64,000 nucleotides of DNA, from assembly GCA_010015805.1 (NCBI GenBank), contig ML978122.1:2390453-2454452 (forward strand), read 5' to 3'. Below the pieces are notes generated by a model that ran no database searches, was not told the DNA's origin, and saw nothing but the letters and a program-made list of their open reading frames with translations. This DNA is from Rhizodiscina lignyota. Lineage: Eukaryota. Below are positions 36,300 through 49,571 of the stretch, piece by piece. A program made the translations under genes and the position numbers. Position 1 is the first letter of the stretch; the number at the start of each line of letters is the position of its first letter.

Positions 36300-36850
36300 A
36301 ATCTGGAACATTAACGAGCAAGGCACTTACTTCTAGAACTATACTTATAGTCACATCGGCACTTACCGCACTAGTATAAAACGCAACTATTATATAAGGC
36401 GGCAAGAGACTCGGCAGCCCGGTAATAGGAGTATAAGCAACTAAGGATCTACTTAGGATAAAGGTTTCCTAGCCTGCTAGGCAGCCTATCTATAGTTTAA
36501 ATAGTATCGTAGGCGAGTAAGCTTTAGTATACAGAAGTTTAGAAGGGTTAGAAAAGGCCTAATAAGTATATAGATATAGAATAGTTATTAAGACTATAAG
36601 TAGAGCGGTAATTAGGTCTAAGCAGACGGGAAAGTATTGGCCCGAATCTATGCCCGCTGAGCTCCAAGGCTTTCTCCACGCCCGTCGCATGTCGCCTCAG
36701 AGTGCCGTCGACGATATCGGTTCATGGGTCGCTGTAGAACTGGAGCTGCAAGAGAAGGAGCGAGAGAAACAGGAAGCGAAAGCCGCCGCAAAGAAGAGGA
36801 CAAAGGAGGGGTCTAGCTACACTAGAGAAGTCGTCCCGAGAGGCCGATGA
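36300..36850. other. RIP-like AT/TpA-rich degenerate fragment running into a short charged ORF tail
   Basis: A sharp rise in TAG/TAA/TATA at 36300-36630, then the intact-looking frame MPAELQGF...EKEREKQEAKAAAKKR. Identity is not recognisable. Confidence 0.45.
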
Positions 36851-37453
36851 CATCTCTGTGAATGTGGTTGAGGCGGACGATGTCGGGTTATGTAGAGCTT
36901 AGCTTAATAAATCAATAACACTCCAGCAATCGCAAAAGAGCGCCTTTCGCCCGCTTTTTGCTTACTCGCGTACTTGTGGTGTGATATTGTTGCTCTTAGG
37001 CGTTTAGGCCTTCCATTATTGGGTGCATTTTTCATAGCTACTTGGTAGGAGACTCGTAAGAGCAACTGCTCGACTTAGCCAGTGCTTACTTGTGCGACTC
37101 AGGGATACCCACATTAGGTATAATAAGCAAGCCACGCTCCCCAAAGTTGTCTGCAAACTGTGCCAGGAGCTATTTTCGAACATATTGCAACGATGGAAGA
37201 CCAGTGTGCTGAAATTGATTTGTAACTGAATTATCCCTTGAGACACGGAAGCGACTTTGGCCACACGCACGGGTCCAGTTGCCCCGCAAAACAGCATTGG
37301 ATGATGTTGAACGCCTCACCTAAGACGCGTGTTCTCAAATATAAAGCATAGAATGGCCTCCTATGTGTTCCTCCAGGCGAGTGGCTCAATGGTTCTCGTT
37401 CTCCCGTCAAAACATCGCATTCTGATACCCACTAAAACTTCACTCTCCATATC

Positions 37454-37876
37454 ATGAGATTGGCTTTCTTTCTCTCTCTCGCCGCCTCGGCGTCCGCCGA
37501 TATCATCTACCTAGCAGACTGCTTCTCAACTCGGAAGGGAACTTCGTTTCTTTTCTCCGGGGCAATCTTCTATACGGGCGGCGGAGCAGGAAGTGGGGAG
37601 CTCAACCCATCAACTTCGAACATCGGCATCGGCCAACAACCGTGGCAGTCAGGGTCAAGTCAAAATTTCGCCGTGTTCCCCGACACTCGTGAGCTCCTTG
37701 TCATCAATGGGCCGCTCAAGACCCCTCCTGCTCCGGTTGGGACTTTCGCAGGCACCGCAAGCAACGCGCAGGGGACGTTCAACTGCAGGTTAGATCTTCA
37801 GACCCAGAGCGTGTTGTTCAACAACGGATTCATCACATGCTTCAGAGACTATTACTGTCAGCCAGTGGGTATTTGA
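37454..37876 (+). CDS. Small secreted protein (140 aa, 4 Cys), effector candidate
   Basis: Signal peptide MRLAFFLSLAASASA, intronless, TATAAA at ~37340, C-terminal C..C.RDYYC. Confidence 0.82.
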   Translation: MRLAFFLSLAASASADIIYLADCFSTRKGTSFLFSGAIFYTGGGAGSGELNPSTSNIGIGQQPWQSGSSQNFAVFPDTRELLVINGPLKTPPAPVGTFAGTASNAQGTFNCRLDLQTQSVLFNNGFITCFRDYYCQPVGI

Positions 37877-38524
37877 CAATCTTCAACTCCATGGCATACT
37901 GACTGGTGACCTTAGGCGTGAGAGAATGAAGTACACAGCTTGCAAATTACGAATGGGATGTTCCTTTCCATCGAATTGTCTACCATCTCATCGTGTCGAT
38001 TGTTTCGTAGCAAATGCTTCATGGCAAAGGGATCTTAGCCATATTGCTTGAGTACCTGAAAATATTGTTATGAAACCCTTGAGAACTAAATCGTAGGAAA
38101 ATGAATGAAGGTTTTTGATCTATTGTTCTGCGTGTGATGCAGTGTAAATGAGCATGGGAAGATGTGGTGGGACAGATACGGAAAGGCTTAGACGCTTTAT
38201 TGAAGTCGGGCCGGTAGAAATTTATTCTGTTTTGTTGAAGCTTTTCGCGTCGTAAAGCAGTTTGTAATAAAGTCCGCCAGCCTTGGTTTCAACTCCTGCA
38301 TCACGCTTATCACTACGGCGGTTTGACAGGACAGAAAGAGGCAGTGCTTGGCATGAATAGACGTGAATAGATATGAGTATTCCTACACGATAAACGCGGT
38401 TAGAGGACGGAAGATACATAATAAACGTTTGCTTTTTAAGTTTTCCCGAATGCTCATGCGAAAAGGGGGATGCACCTGAAGTAGAATCCGTTAGAGTTGA
38501 AGAACAGGGAGTTGCCGGGAAGAC

Positions 38525-40586
38525 CTTCCATTCCGTAGCAAGCTGACGAGGAAGCCCCGGAGAGAACACATAGCTCGGAGCCCAGAGCTCTATACCTTAG
38601 AGAGTATTCCCTAAATAACATTTCAATAAGTTAGACGTAAAAGCTCCATCTCAAAAGTGATAAAATACCTAGCCGTAAACCTAAAGGTAAATTAACTGAA
38701 GAGTTCCTCGAATCTATACTTTATCGTCACCCGAATCTGAATATTACGCCAGCGAAGGCTAAATAATAAATCTAAATAGAGGCCCGATAAGGTAATATCA
38801 CCCGCTCGAGGCCCGAAAGCAGCCATCAGGGATAACGAGAGTGCATCGAGAATAGCTGTATCCCATTGCGAATCCTAAGGTGTCTGCACATTCAACAGCT
38901 GTTTGAACGACGCGAAATTCAATCTGAAAATGGATCGCGCGCTAATCCACTTTAGTCGCCGTCGTTCGTCCGGTTGTATCTGTTTCTCCTGGCACATGCA
39001 TCGAATTGCGGCTCTGATATGTAGATACTCATGTTGGGTTGACACAATGGGGGATGGCAGATTTGCGAAGTGATGCCTAACTGCCCAAATAGCTTTGCAC
39101 ACAGTCGCTCTGCGCAGAACTCGATTCTGCTGTTGATATAATCGTGGAAGATACTCGATGAAGTCTTGTAGGTCTTTAATAGTTGGAGCCTGGCCCCTAT
39201 GGTCGTCGTAACCGCATAGTGTAAACAAGCTCTGCTCTTCAGGTTGAACGGGAACATGGCTGAAAGCTTGATTCTATCTATCCTGAAAGGTATCTCTTCA
39301 ATGAGATCTCAATAAATTAAGCGCAGAAACTTTACTTCCAAGGCCAAGACTTATTAGATTTGAAGGAGCAGGACATCGAGACGGCGTAGCGTCAAGATCT
39401 TGGGTCTTCCAAATACACCAGAGCACCGAACATCGGCATTAAGTTCGCTATACAATACCCAACCGTAATCGGATTTATGTCAAGAGATGTGAAGATCTAC
39501 TTAGTCATCTTTGCTCGCCTAGGCTTCGAGCATTGAACGAGCTTCGATTTGGCTTAATCCAGAGTCTTTTTCCATGAAATACAGCGTGCCCTTAAGGACT
39601 TACATAGATTTCCTCATAATCTCGCCTCCTGCGAGAGCTGAGACACTTAAGCATCGATATCAGGTTTAAGATGCTGTATTCAATGGTGGTTGAAAGTATA
39701 GTAAAAATTCAAGGTGGGAAATGGATGGGTCCCCCATCTACATACGCCAGCTTCTGTGAGTCATCCAGGCCTTCTCTCATCAGTTCCAGAAATCGCTGCA
39801 TTGTTGTAATCTCTCGAAGTTGTGCCGGTTCTCCGCTCTGTGAGCGTGGGCTTTTCTGCCACTCCTCGAGGAGGTTTGCGACGAAACCTGTTGGTCGGTC
39901 ACCAAAGCAAAGGCCTGCAATTTCGACGTGGCTGGGTCTCACTAGAGTCTTATTCGTCCCAAATCTGTATACTGCCTGGAACAGCCCATCTGAAAGATGC
40001 ACTGGAAGTTCGATGTTTATTTGAGACACCTCTGCGGCATTGGATGATCCTGCCCTGCGGTCGTTAGGGTTAGAGCTAGTGACATAGTGCATTGGTCATA
40101 ATGGCTCTGTGGTGGATTGGGCGAATATCATTCTCTCCTATCTGGATACCATTTTTATATAATTGCTTACATTCGTGACGCTAGGGCCGCGTACTCTAAA
40201 TGATTCCGGTGAAGATTATGCAAAATAGAGAATTGCGTCTTCCGTAGCAATGAGAGCCTATCCGGAGGCTTGATAATATACACGTTAGACTGTGACTTTT
40301 CAGAATACACGACTGAACAACACGATTTGTATTGATTGGAGAGAGCGTATCTCATTGTAGCTCCTTGTGCTGTAGTAGCCGCTACCATAGTTCTATCAAA
40401 TCCTCCTCGTCGTCAACCTTTTCGCCATCAACTTCGCATAGAGCATAGTCCGATTATTGCGCAGGCTCAGATTTACTCACTTTCCGTCGCCGTGAAACTC
40501 CCGATTTATGGCGCTTGAAGTTGCTGAATGGGATTGGCTGACTGCTGCGATGCAGTGGCATGCGTAACATCTTGAAGGTAGCTCAT
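38525..40586 (-). pseudogene. Degenerate multi-exon tyrosine-recombinase-like gene (Starship-captain/Crypton-like relic)
   Basis: Reading through the TAG at 38877-38875 gives ..PTIKDLQDF..IRAAIRCMCQEKQI..RRRLKWIS..QTP*DSQWDTAILDALSLSLMAAFGPRAGDITLSGLY..LRWRNIQIRV, which includes a box-I-like GxRxGDI arginine. A later block reads AMCSLRGFLVSLLRNG. Upstream exon-like pieces from the ATG at 40586 also carry premature stops and may be the same gene or a second one. Confidence 0.6.
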
Positions 40587-41079
40587 ATTGAGATTGTGAT
40601 TTACCAAACTTATTGAGTTCAGCGCTGCGGAAGAGGTGGTGAAGTGCGGTTGTATTTGCCAAGCTCGTTGAACTGAGCCCTGAAAAAAGCCGTGAGGTGT
40701 GGTTGTAAGTGCCGAGCTCAATGAGCTCAGCACTGTGAAGAGGGTTGTGAATTTGATGGAACAGTCGATTGAAATTTTGGAATGATGTTGTAGTTGTTGT
40801 GGAATCGCGGGAAGCTAGCTTTCTGTGTGCGCGCCAAGCCTCAGAAGGGAAAGCACGTCGACGAAAGAGTGAATAGAGTTCATTCAGGAGTCAAATTGAT
40901 TTGAAGCTCGAAGCGAAAGGCTTGAGATGCTATGCAGACCTATTGGAAAGAAGACGCCTAAATATGCAAATATCAAACCCGTTAGCGCTGAAAGCCGCCT
41001 CATCTCACATTTTATCATGAAGCTTCATCATCCAGGGCGCAGGCAGCAGGCTCATCTCACGTTCTGTCCTCATAATTGC

Positions 41080-44000
41080 TCATGCTTCCTCATCAGATTC
41101 CTCTTCCGCAGTCTGTATACTCGTCAGCATGATCTGAATTCACATTAACTCGTGTCGAATCGACTCACGTTCTCATGGAAGTTCTTTCCATCGGTCGTCT
41201 CAACAATCAAGCCGCTCCTGATGCACCAATCTCCGAACTTCTCTCCATCATCCCTCTCCTTCGCATACCTCTTGATCATAGGCTTCATGAGGTCCAGAAT
41301 CTCATCCTCCTTGATGCTAGCCCTGTAAAGCTTGTTCATTCTTTGTCCATGATATCCTCCTCCGAGATACATATTGTACGCTCCATATGCCTTTCCAACG
41401 AATGCAACTTCTGCCAGCCATGGTCGCGCACAGCCGTTTGGACATCCAGTCATGCGCATGACGATGCTATCTTGACGCAAACCAGCTTCTTCGATCGTGC
41501 CCTCGAGCTTCGTGATCAATTCTGGAAGATAACGCTCCGACTCGGCCATGGCGAGACCACAGGTAGGGAAAGCGACGCACGCTGATGATGAGAGTCGGAG
41601 ACCAGAGAAGTTCGTGTTGTCTAGCTTGTACTTCTTCATCAAGTCCTTGATCGGTGGCATATCCTCGTCTGCAACGTTAGATAGAATGAGGTGCTGATTG
41701 CCAGTCAAGCGGAACTCGCCCTTGTGCACCTTCGCGATTTCGCGCAGACCAGTCTTCATCTGGAAGTCTTCAGTATCTTCGATACGGCCGTTCTCAATGA
41801 AGAAGGTGAAGTGGTTCAAGCCGTTCTCATCCTTCTGCCAGCCGAAAGTGTCGATGTTGCTGTCGAACTTGAATGGTCTTGGTTCCTCGAACTTAAAGCC
41901 CAGAAGTTCCTCGACTTTACCCTTGAAGACTTCGACACCCATGTCGTCGATAGTGTACTTCAGACGCGCATGCTTACGGTTCTTGCGGTCGCCATTGTCG
42001 CGCTGGACCAGCATAATCTTCTCGCAGGCAAGGTGTGCGACATCTGCTGGGACGTAGCCAAACATTCGGCCAGTTTGTGGGTATGTCTTCTTCATGTTGT
42101 GCGTCACGCCCATGCCACCACCAGCGAGGACATTGAAGCCTTCCAGCTTGCCGTCCTTCTCTATGGCGATTAAGCCAACGTCGTGCGCGTACACGTCGGT
42201 GTCGTTGTGTGGAGGTATAGCGAGGGTAATCTTGAACTTTCGAGGTAGGTAGGTAGGGCCATACAGAGGCTCGTGGTCCACAACTGCATCGCCAGCAACC
42301 TGAGTCTTCTCGCCCTTCGTGTCATCGGTAAGCCAGATCTCATGATATGCAGTTGTCTGCGGAAGGAGATGATCGCTTATGCGTTTCGCGACTGCATGGA
42401 CTTCTTTATGATACTTCGAGTGCGTCGGTAAGCTGCTGCACATGACATTTCTGTTGATATCGCCACATGCCGCAATCGTAGTCATCAGAGCCCTGTTGAT
42501 CGCTTGCATCGCGGGTTTCAGCTTGCCCTTAATGACACCATGGAACTGGAACGTTTGTCTTGTCGTAAGCTTCATCGTCTCGTTGCCCATATTCGTGCTG
42601 ATTGCATCCATCTGGATCCACTGGCTAGGCGTCGCAACACCACCTGGCAAGCGGCAACGGATCATGAATCCATACGCCGGTTCCAAGCCTTGCGCTTTGC
42701 GCTCATCCCTTAGATCTCGGTCGTCTTGCATATAGGTACCGTGGAACTTCGTGAGTTGCGAATCACTTGCGGAGATTGCACCTGTTGACGTGTCATTGAG
42801 ACCCTCAACAATTGTGCCTCGCAGATAGTTCGAAGCGGCCTTGATGTCCTCGTTCGTCAATGGCGGAGGCTCTTCAGGTAGACCTTCGACGTTGTCCACA
42901 CCAAGTGCTTGCCACAGCTTTGGTTCCCATTCGTTGTAGCCGGTATGATAAGTGTCAGGATCTTGATCATCGCCGAGGCCAACATCAGTGAGAGCTTTTC
43001 CGCCAAGTGCCAGACATCTGGTATGTAGATCCTTTCCAGGCTTGTTGTAGTAGATCTTGTCCTCCTTTCGCGGCCAATAGTGCTTATCCCCAAGAGCGAA
43101 AACTGCAAAGTTCACTGTCGCAAGGTCGATGTCCGTTGAATTCTTGACTGCTTCCCAGAACGAGCGGCCATTCTGCGGGAACTCTCCTTGACCGGCCGTG
43201 CTGGTGATCATGACGATATTCTCTTCATTGCTGATATCTTCCAGCGGGTAGTCGTCCATTGACATGACCATTGTCTTCAGTCCTCTTGCCTTGCCACGAT
43301 TACCCAAGCGCTTCGCCAAGCTTTCCGCGTTGCCATTATCCGAAGCGAACAGAATCGTCAGCGGTGCACCAGCAAGGCCTTCCAGGAGCTGGCCGTACGC
43401 ATCTTTTGCCTTCCGCTTTTGTAACTCGCGGACTTCGGTGCCCCACGAGCCAGAGAGATTTGCCGAGAATTCAGGATGGCGCTTCATGAGCTGCGACATG
43501 TAGTTATCGCGCTTCAAAAAATCCTGCAGTTCCTTCTTAATCCGCTCAGAGTCGAGATGGAAATTCTCTTCTCCTTGTTCTTCGCCTCGTGGATTCCAGC
43601 GATACAGAGGCCAGTATCCCAGATCAACCGCTTTCTTCGTTTCTTGCAATACAGTGATGGGCGAATCGTTCTCCTTGTCATACGGTAGGTATGCTAGAAC
43701 AACCGACGGGCCTTCAAATTGTTCTGCCTCGATCATAGCTTGCAATACTTGTGTGTAGGAGCTGTACACAGCAACAGAAGCGACATATGCGTTGCCAAAG
43801 TTCATGGCATACAAGCCAATGTCCTTCTTCCGCCGAGCAGCATCGGCTGCTGCTCTGTCTGAGTGCGGTTGCGAGTCAATGATCAGCATGTTGACATTTG
43901 CGCCGGATGCAAGGACGTGGTGGACTCCAGAATTGCCAAGATCATACGCCCAAGCGTCAGAGCCAATCAGCCACGGCGATTCCTTGAAGAACAGGCTCTT

Positions 44001-45898
44001 GTTCTCAAGAAGCTGGGATGCAGCAGGCGAACCATCTGTGGCCAACCGAGCCAGAACGTCCTCAGCCAGCTCATTCGCCTTCTTCGCATCATCCTGTGCT
44101 AATGCCCATTTCGAGAGCCACTGCTTGGGGACTTCCGTGGTGAAGCTTGAGCTTTTCGAAATTTCAAGAATCTCATTGACGAACTTCGTGCGTCGTTCGG
44201 TCCGCGCCACCAAAGCTCCAAAACCGAATTCTGGGCTTGATGAGATCTCTGCGGAGATGCCCGCATCGTTAGAACGTAGCTGGTTTGCGATATGCAATCT
44301 GGATCCAAAAACTTGATTCAAGATTTTCATATACGCATTCTCCAAAGCTGGTTGTCGCAGTTGGAAATCCTCGTCTTGCGGCTGCGGCCATTCCGCGAGG
44401 CCGATCTGCAAATTCTGAATCGGAGAGTCGGACAGCAAGTTTTGGAATATTCCTCTTAACGCTTGTTGGACGGTGGAAGAGTCGATGTAGCCAAGCTGAT
44501 ATCCCACGATCTGCGGACCGGCATTTCCCGCGGCTTTCAAGGACATGAGCATGTCGAGGAGTAGAGGCCCCCACTTGGTAGTCTTTCGACGTACTTGCTC
44601 CAAGACGGCGACCTTCTTCACGGACCGGGGGAGAATAGCAGTCAGCGCCCCACCCATCCATGGACGATATAGCCTTGCTGAAATCAGGCCGACATTTGCA
44701 TACTGATCGGTTGAACCTGCACGGTCGAGCTCTTTTCCGATCATAGCAGTGTCCACCCCGAAGATGAAAAGTGCAGATTGCGCATTTGGTGGTCCTGTGT
44801 ACGAAAACGCCTTGTACTCGCGGTTAACAACCCTTTTGATCGTTGACCAAATTGTTGTCAGGTATCTGAGGATGTCATCTGAGGTAATTGGACGAGTGAC
44901 TACTGACTCAACCGACGTAACAGAAGAGCCAGATACACCATTCTCGGAGCTGCTGTCCCGGCGTGATGAGCCGACTGAAGAATCCCGTGCACTTCCAGGT
45001 CCCGACGCTGCCTTCTCGGTGGACGGCGTGACTGGCGTCAGCAAACCTGCCTTTTCTCCATTTACGCCATTGGTCAGAGGCGCCTGGCTGGCCGCAACAG
45101 CAACCGAAGCTACTCTGCCGTCATCTGCATATATGCCCTGCTCCTCAGTGGTGGTATTCTGGAATGCCCTTGCTGCATCTAGGTCCAGTACCTGACGCAC
45201 AAAGTCTTTCGGCTCGAAGGCGATTGGATCATCCTTATCCAGCGCCGATGCGTCAAAGAAGTGTATAACTCCCTTACCCGACTTGATGGCTAGCGCATGT
45301 GCCGACAGAGCGAGATCTTGTGCCTCTTGTAGTGTCTCTGACTGGAGGAATGTGAAGCCGCATTGCCGGATAGATGTTATGACAGAGTAGTCGGGGGCGC
45401 CAGCAGGATGTAAAGCGACATGGAGGACCACTGGGTACTGTGCTAGTTTGTAGAGGTGGGGTATGGATCGGATGAGGACATCTGACGACGTGGTGACCGT
45501 GGTGAGCTTGCCAGAACGAATTGGCCGATAGACTGAGAGAAGAGGGTCGGTATTATGGCGGACGGGAATAATCTATAGAATATTAGCATCAATTGGCACA
45601 TAATTGGAGGTGTGGAACTCGGGAGACCGACTTCCGGAGCGCCTTTCGCGACAACGCTGGAGGCTTTGTTTGCTGCCAGAGACTGAAAAGAAGACGAGAA
45701 CTCTGATTCCGATGCAAGGGAGGGTTGAATGGAGATCAGAACATCGCTAGAAAGATAGGCAATTCGCGCAACTATTAAAATATGTTAGACGACCGACTTC
45801 CGGTTCAACTTTTGATGATGCATGGATGGCACAGGCGAATCCGGGGGACATGTGAGGTCAAACTTACCAGCTTCGCCCGCTGAGCGGATGGAGCCCAT
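41080..45898 (-). CDS. MET5: Sulfite reductase beta (hemoprotein) subunit
   Basis: PFOR-like N-terminal region, flavodoxin domain (LFASDNGNAE, TSTAGQGEFP), KFHGTYMQDDRD, LPRKFKI, and siroheme/4Fe-4S ligands SACVAFPTCGLA and MTGCPNGCARP. Short 5' exons start at MGSIRSAGEA; the last exon is TAEEESDEEA*. Confidence 0.97.
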
Positions 45899-46054
45899 CT
45901 TCAACTTTTGAAAGTGAGAAAGCTCTTCTTATCAGGAAGAGAGACAAACAGAAAGAAAATCATTAAATAGAATTCAATTGAAGAAGCGTAATGCCGCAGC
46001 GGCAACTCGGAGAAGGGAAATGTAGGGAACTAAGTAATTTCTTGCGCTAGCAAA

Positions 46055-46064
46055 ATGGTGTCAT
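46055..46064. promoter_or_regulatory. Candidate CYS3/MetR bZIP binding site
   Basis: ATGGTGTCAT fits the Neurospora CYS3 consensus ATGRYRYCAT and lies ~160 bp upstream of the sulfite reductase ATG. Confidence 0.6.
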
Positions 46065-47437
46065 CGGAGGCTGAAGCTCCTCATTGGCCGAAGGACAGTG
46101 ATCACTGGTACGCGTCCAATTGGGAAAGCGCGTATCCTTGACGGCTATAACGTTGCATATGTAAGTCAACTGTAATAGACACTCTCCCTGAGGCCAACAG
46201 CCGAGCTTTTAAGAGGGGCATTGTAGGGCGGGCAAGGGACTCGATCCGGTGGCGTTGAAGATATGTGCGGCTTATTCCGCATGGAGGCCTCTGCGATGGA
46301 GCAGTACGTGAGTAGGTACTGGAGTGCTTTTCAAAGAACCTTGCCACTCACGCCTGCGATCAGGGCCTAAGAAAGTCGCCTCCTTAACCGCATATGAGTG
46401 ATCATCTTCACCACCGACAGGGAGCGAACAACACCGGGGATGATATTTAGAAATCACCCTGCGAACATTGAATATATCCTAGGTGTCCATGCCCGTACTT
46501 TTCAACGAGAAGCTAAGTATGAGAGCAACAGTCGCAGCATTGAACTTGTGTATTGAAACCATCTCTTTGTTGTGAAGCGCCGCCCAGTATGGGGACTTCT
46601 ATCTGTACACTCTTAGGCTTCATGGCAAAATCTCATTAAGTTTAACGAGCCTGCTCTTCCGCTCGAACTGTCCCACAATTATGTACTCGGCAACAGCAGG
46701 AGCTAGCACCTCTAGTGCTGGGCTACATCCATCTTCAATCTGTCCAGACGCTAAATACCTTCTTGAAGCTTTGTCATTATCACTTCTCTGTTCCATCAAT
46801 GGTCTTTCTACTGAGTTATGGAAACATTGGGGTTGAATGACGAAAACGAGCAGGAGCATCGACGACTTCAAGTGCTGTCCACGGCCACGAAACTCACCAC
46901 AATCGCTTGATCGTTCTGCCGCTGCGCATCGTACCATCTCTACAATCCGAAGGCAACTAAAGTTTAAAGGAAGGAAGTTGAAGGAGCGTGGCCAATCGGA
47001 AAGTACGCGAATCTGCTTATAGTGGAGATGACAAATTGGCCTCCTCTCATTGGACGAAATCTCCGCGCTAAACCTCTTCGGGCACAAGGGTTGATCTCCT
47101 CCTCCGGAACGACGCATCGCATTCTGTATCGCCAGTTGCGCAGGCCTATCGCCGGTTTATGTACCTAGAGCCCCGATCGAGGTCGAGTCAAGCTTTTGGC
47201 TGTCCCTCCTGCAGCAGCTTACGTCGTCAGCCTATCTTCGAGCTTCAACAGGCGGTGTCGGCTGCGTTACGGCCGTCTGGACACTCGTCTCACCGTGGGC
47301 TGCTGCGCGCCACACCTTTCCCATCAGGCAAACATCGGCTAAATATCTCCCATCTGCCGTCAAACCTCTCGTGTCCGCGCGTCTATCGCTTCTCCATGTT
47401 TCAATAACATCTCTTTCAACGGACACACTCTCAAAGC

Positions 47438-49091
47438 ATGTCGGCTACTCCTTCTGCTGACGACAATCCACGCGCCACCACCGGAAGTGGCCATGCTGGA
47501 CAACCGCCAAGGCAACCATCACGAGAGGATCTCGAGTCGGCAGAGATGCTCCATCTGCTGAACAAGTCGAACGGCGGCCTCCTCTCTCAGCTTGCAACGC
47601 AGCCGCATCAGCAGCAGCACTCGGACACACCGATGGCCGATACGGATAGCGCATCAAATGCGGAAAATCGAAGCGCGCACGACATCACGGAATACCATTC
47701 TCTGGACGATGTCAAACCACAACCCGGCCAAGATGGTCAGGATTCACAGTCGATGGATGGTACGAGTACCGTATTGCCTCAGCGCAGTCATGTGAGCACC
47801 GCTCCAATCACCGGGCAAGTCTGCAGGTTGGTCACCCAATTTCATGAACTTTCATATTTTTGAGAAAACACCAGTTTTTACTCACGAGGATTTTCTAGCA
47901 ACTGTGGAACAACGCGAACCCCGCTGTGGCGACGCTCGCCCATGGGAGAGACTATCTGTAATGCCTGTGGTCTCTACTGGAAAGCTCGAAATCAACAACG
48001 ACCAACTAATCTGAAGCGACAGCCACAAGGTACGAGTAGCCCGACGGCCACTTCTAGCACATCAACTCCTGGCCCGACTGTGAATCAGAGCACATCACCT
48101 ACAGCTCAGAATCCCAACGTGAACCAGCCCCCCGAAGGCACCTGTCCCGGCGGCGGGCGTTGTAATGGTTCTGGAGGTTCTCAAGGATGCAACGGTTGTC
48201 CTGCATACAACAATCGCATGAAAGTTGCGCAGTATGCGGTAGCACAGTTACCTGATCAACCTCAACAGCAACAAGTTAATAGCGCTGCTCCCAGTAGCAC
48301 TTCGACCTTCTCAGTTCAGCAACCAATACCCTCCCCGAATTCCGGTACGCTACAAGCTTGCCAGAACTGTGGAACGACTGTGACTCCACTGTGGAGACGT
48401 GATGACAATGGAAATACCATTTGCAATGCTTGCGGTGAGCGCTCTTTCCATACATAAGTTTTTCCCGAGAAGCTCATTGTTAGGTCTCTACTACAAACTC
48501 CACCACCGCCATCGCCCAACCGCAATGAAGAAGCAGGAGATTAAACGTCGGAAGCGCGTCATGCCCGCCACACCAGGCCAACAGCAACTCCAAATCCAGC
48601 CTCGCAGCGGCGGAGAGTCATCCGTCTCGCCAGATCCTATGATGGCCAATGCCGACAGCCCCACTCAGCAGCTTCACACAGAGAACCAACACCACGATAG
48701 GGCAACATCCTCTGGTGCAGAGGAAGCGGGGCGGCGACTTCGTACCATCGCTATCGACTACACAGACTACAATCCCGGTGCCGATAGTAACCAACACACT
48801 GATCATCATCCTGAACCCATAGCTCGAAAACGCTCACATTCAGCTACAGGACCAGAGCAAGGTCCACCAGCGTCCCGAGTCCAGCGCGCCAGCCCGTCGA
48901 TCGCCTCATTATTGTCAGATAGGCCCGGTACCGACGACTCGCATATCGATCCGAGCTTGTCTGCTGGAGACAACAAGATGGAGAAGCAGAGGATAAAGGC
49001 GCAGAAGGAACTTGAGGCAGAGATGATGCGGAAGAAGCTAGCGGAGTTGGAGAGTGAGATTGCTGAGATGGGTGAAGATGGAGCGGGCTAA
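47438..49091 (+). CDS. sreA: Iron-responsive GATA repressor of siderophore biosynthesis
   Basis: Two GATA fingers ([22 protein letters not shown] and [22 protein letters not shown]) flank the Cys-rich [26 protein letters not shown]-terminal coiled coil, two introns. Confidence 0.95.
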
Positions 49092-49571
49092 AGGGATATG
49101 CTCTGTTTTCTGACGTTGCATCCCCCAAAGCTATCAGAATGTTGCTCCTTAACGCCTGCACGGGAGTGATAGCCTCCTGCGGGGCTTGTTTGCTCCCTTA
49201 GCTATGAATGGCTTTGAGCTGAGCTCTTTGGCCTTGCACGACCTGGGCTTAGCGATGGTGTCGGGGAACGGTTATAGGTAAAAGTCAGGCGTTCGTCGAA
49301 CTCAACGATACGAATCCTTGAGTTCACATGTTCTACTCAATCGATATGGATCACATTTAACGAAGCTGTATCTTCTCAACGCATACTGGTTGAAGAATTT
49401 TGCATTTAGTTTTCAGATCAGCTCTCACACGTGGAAGAGCAAACTTGATACTCCCTAATGTACCCCTTCGATACAGTATGCGGAAAATAGAAGCCTCTAG
49501 TCCGATCCAAAGGTTTCGCTCCTAATTCTTCATAAGTAACGCCGTCGCTATGCATGCAAATCAGGGTATTC

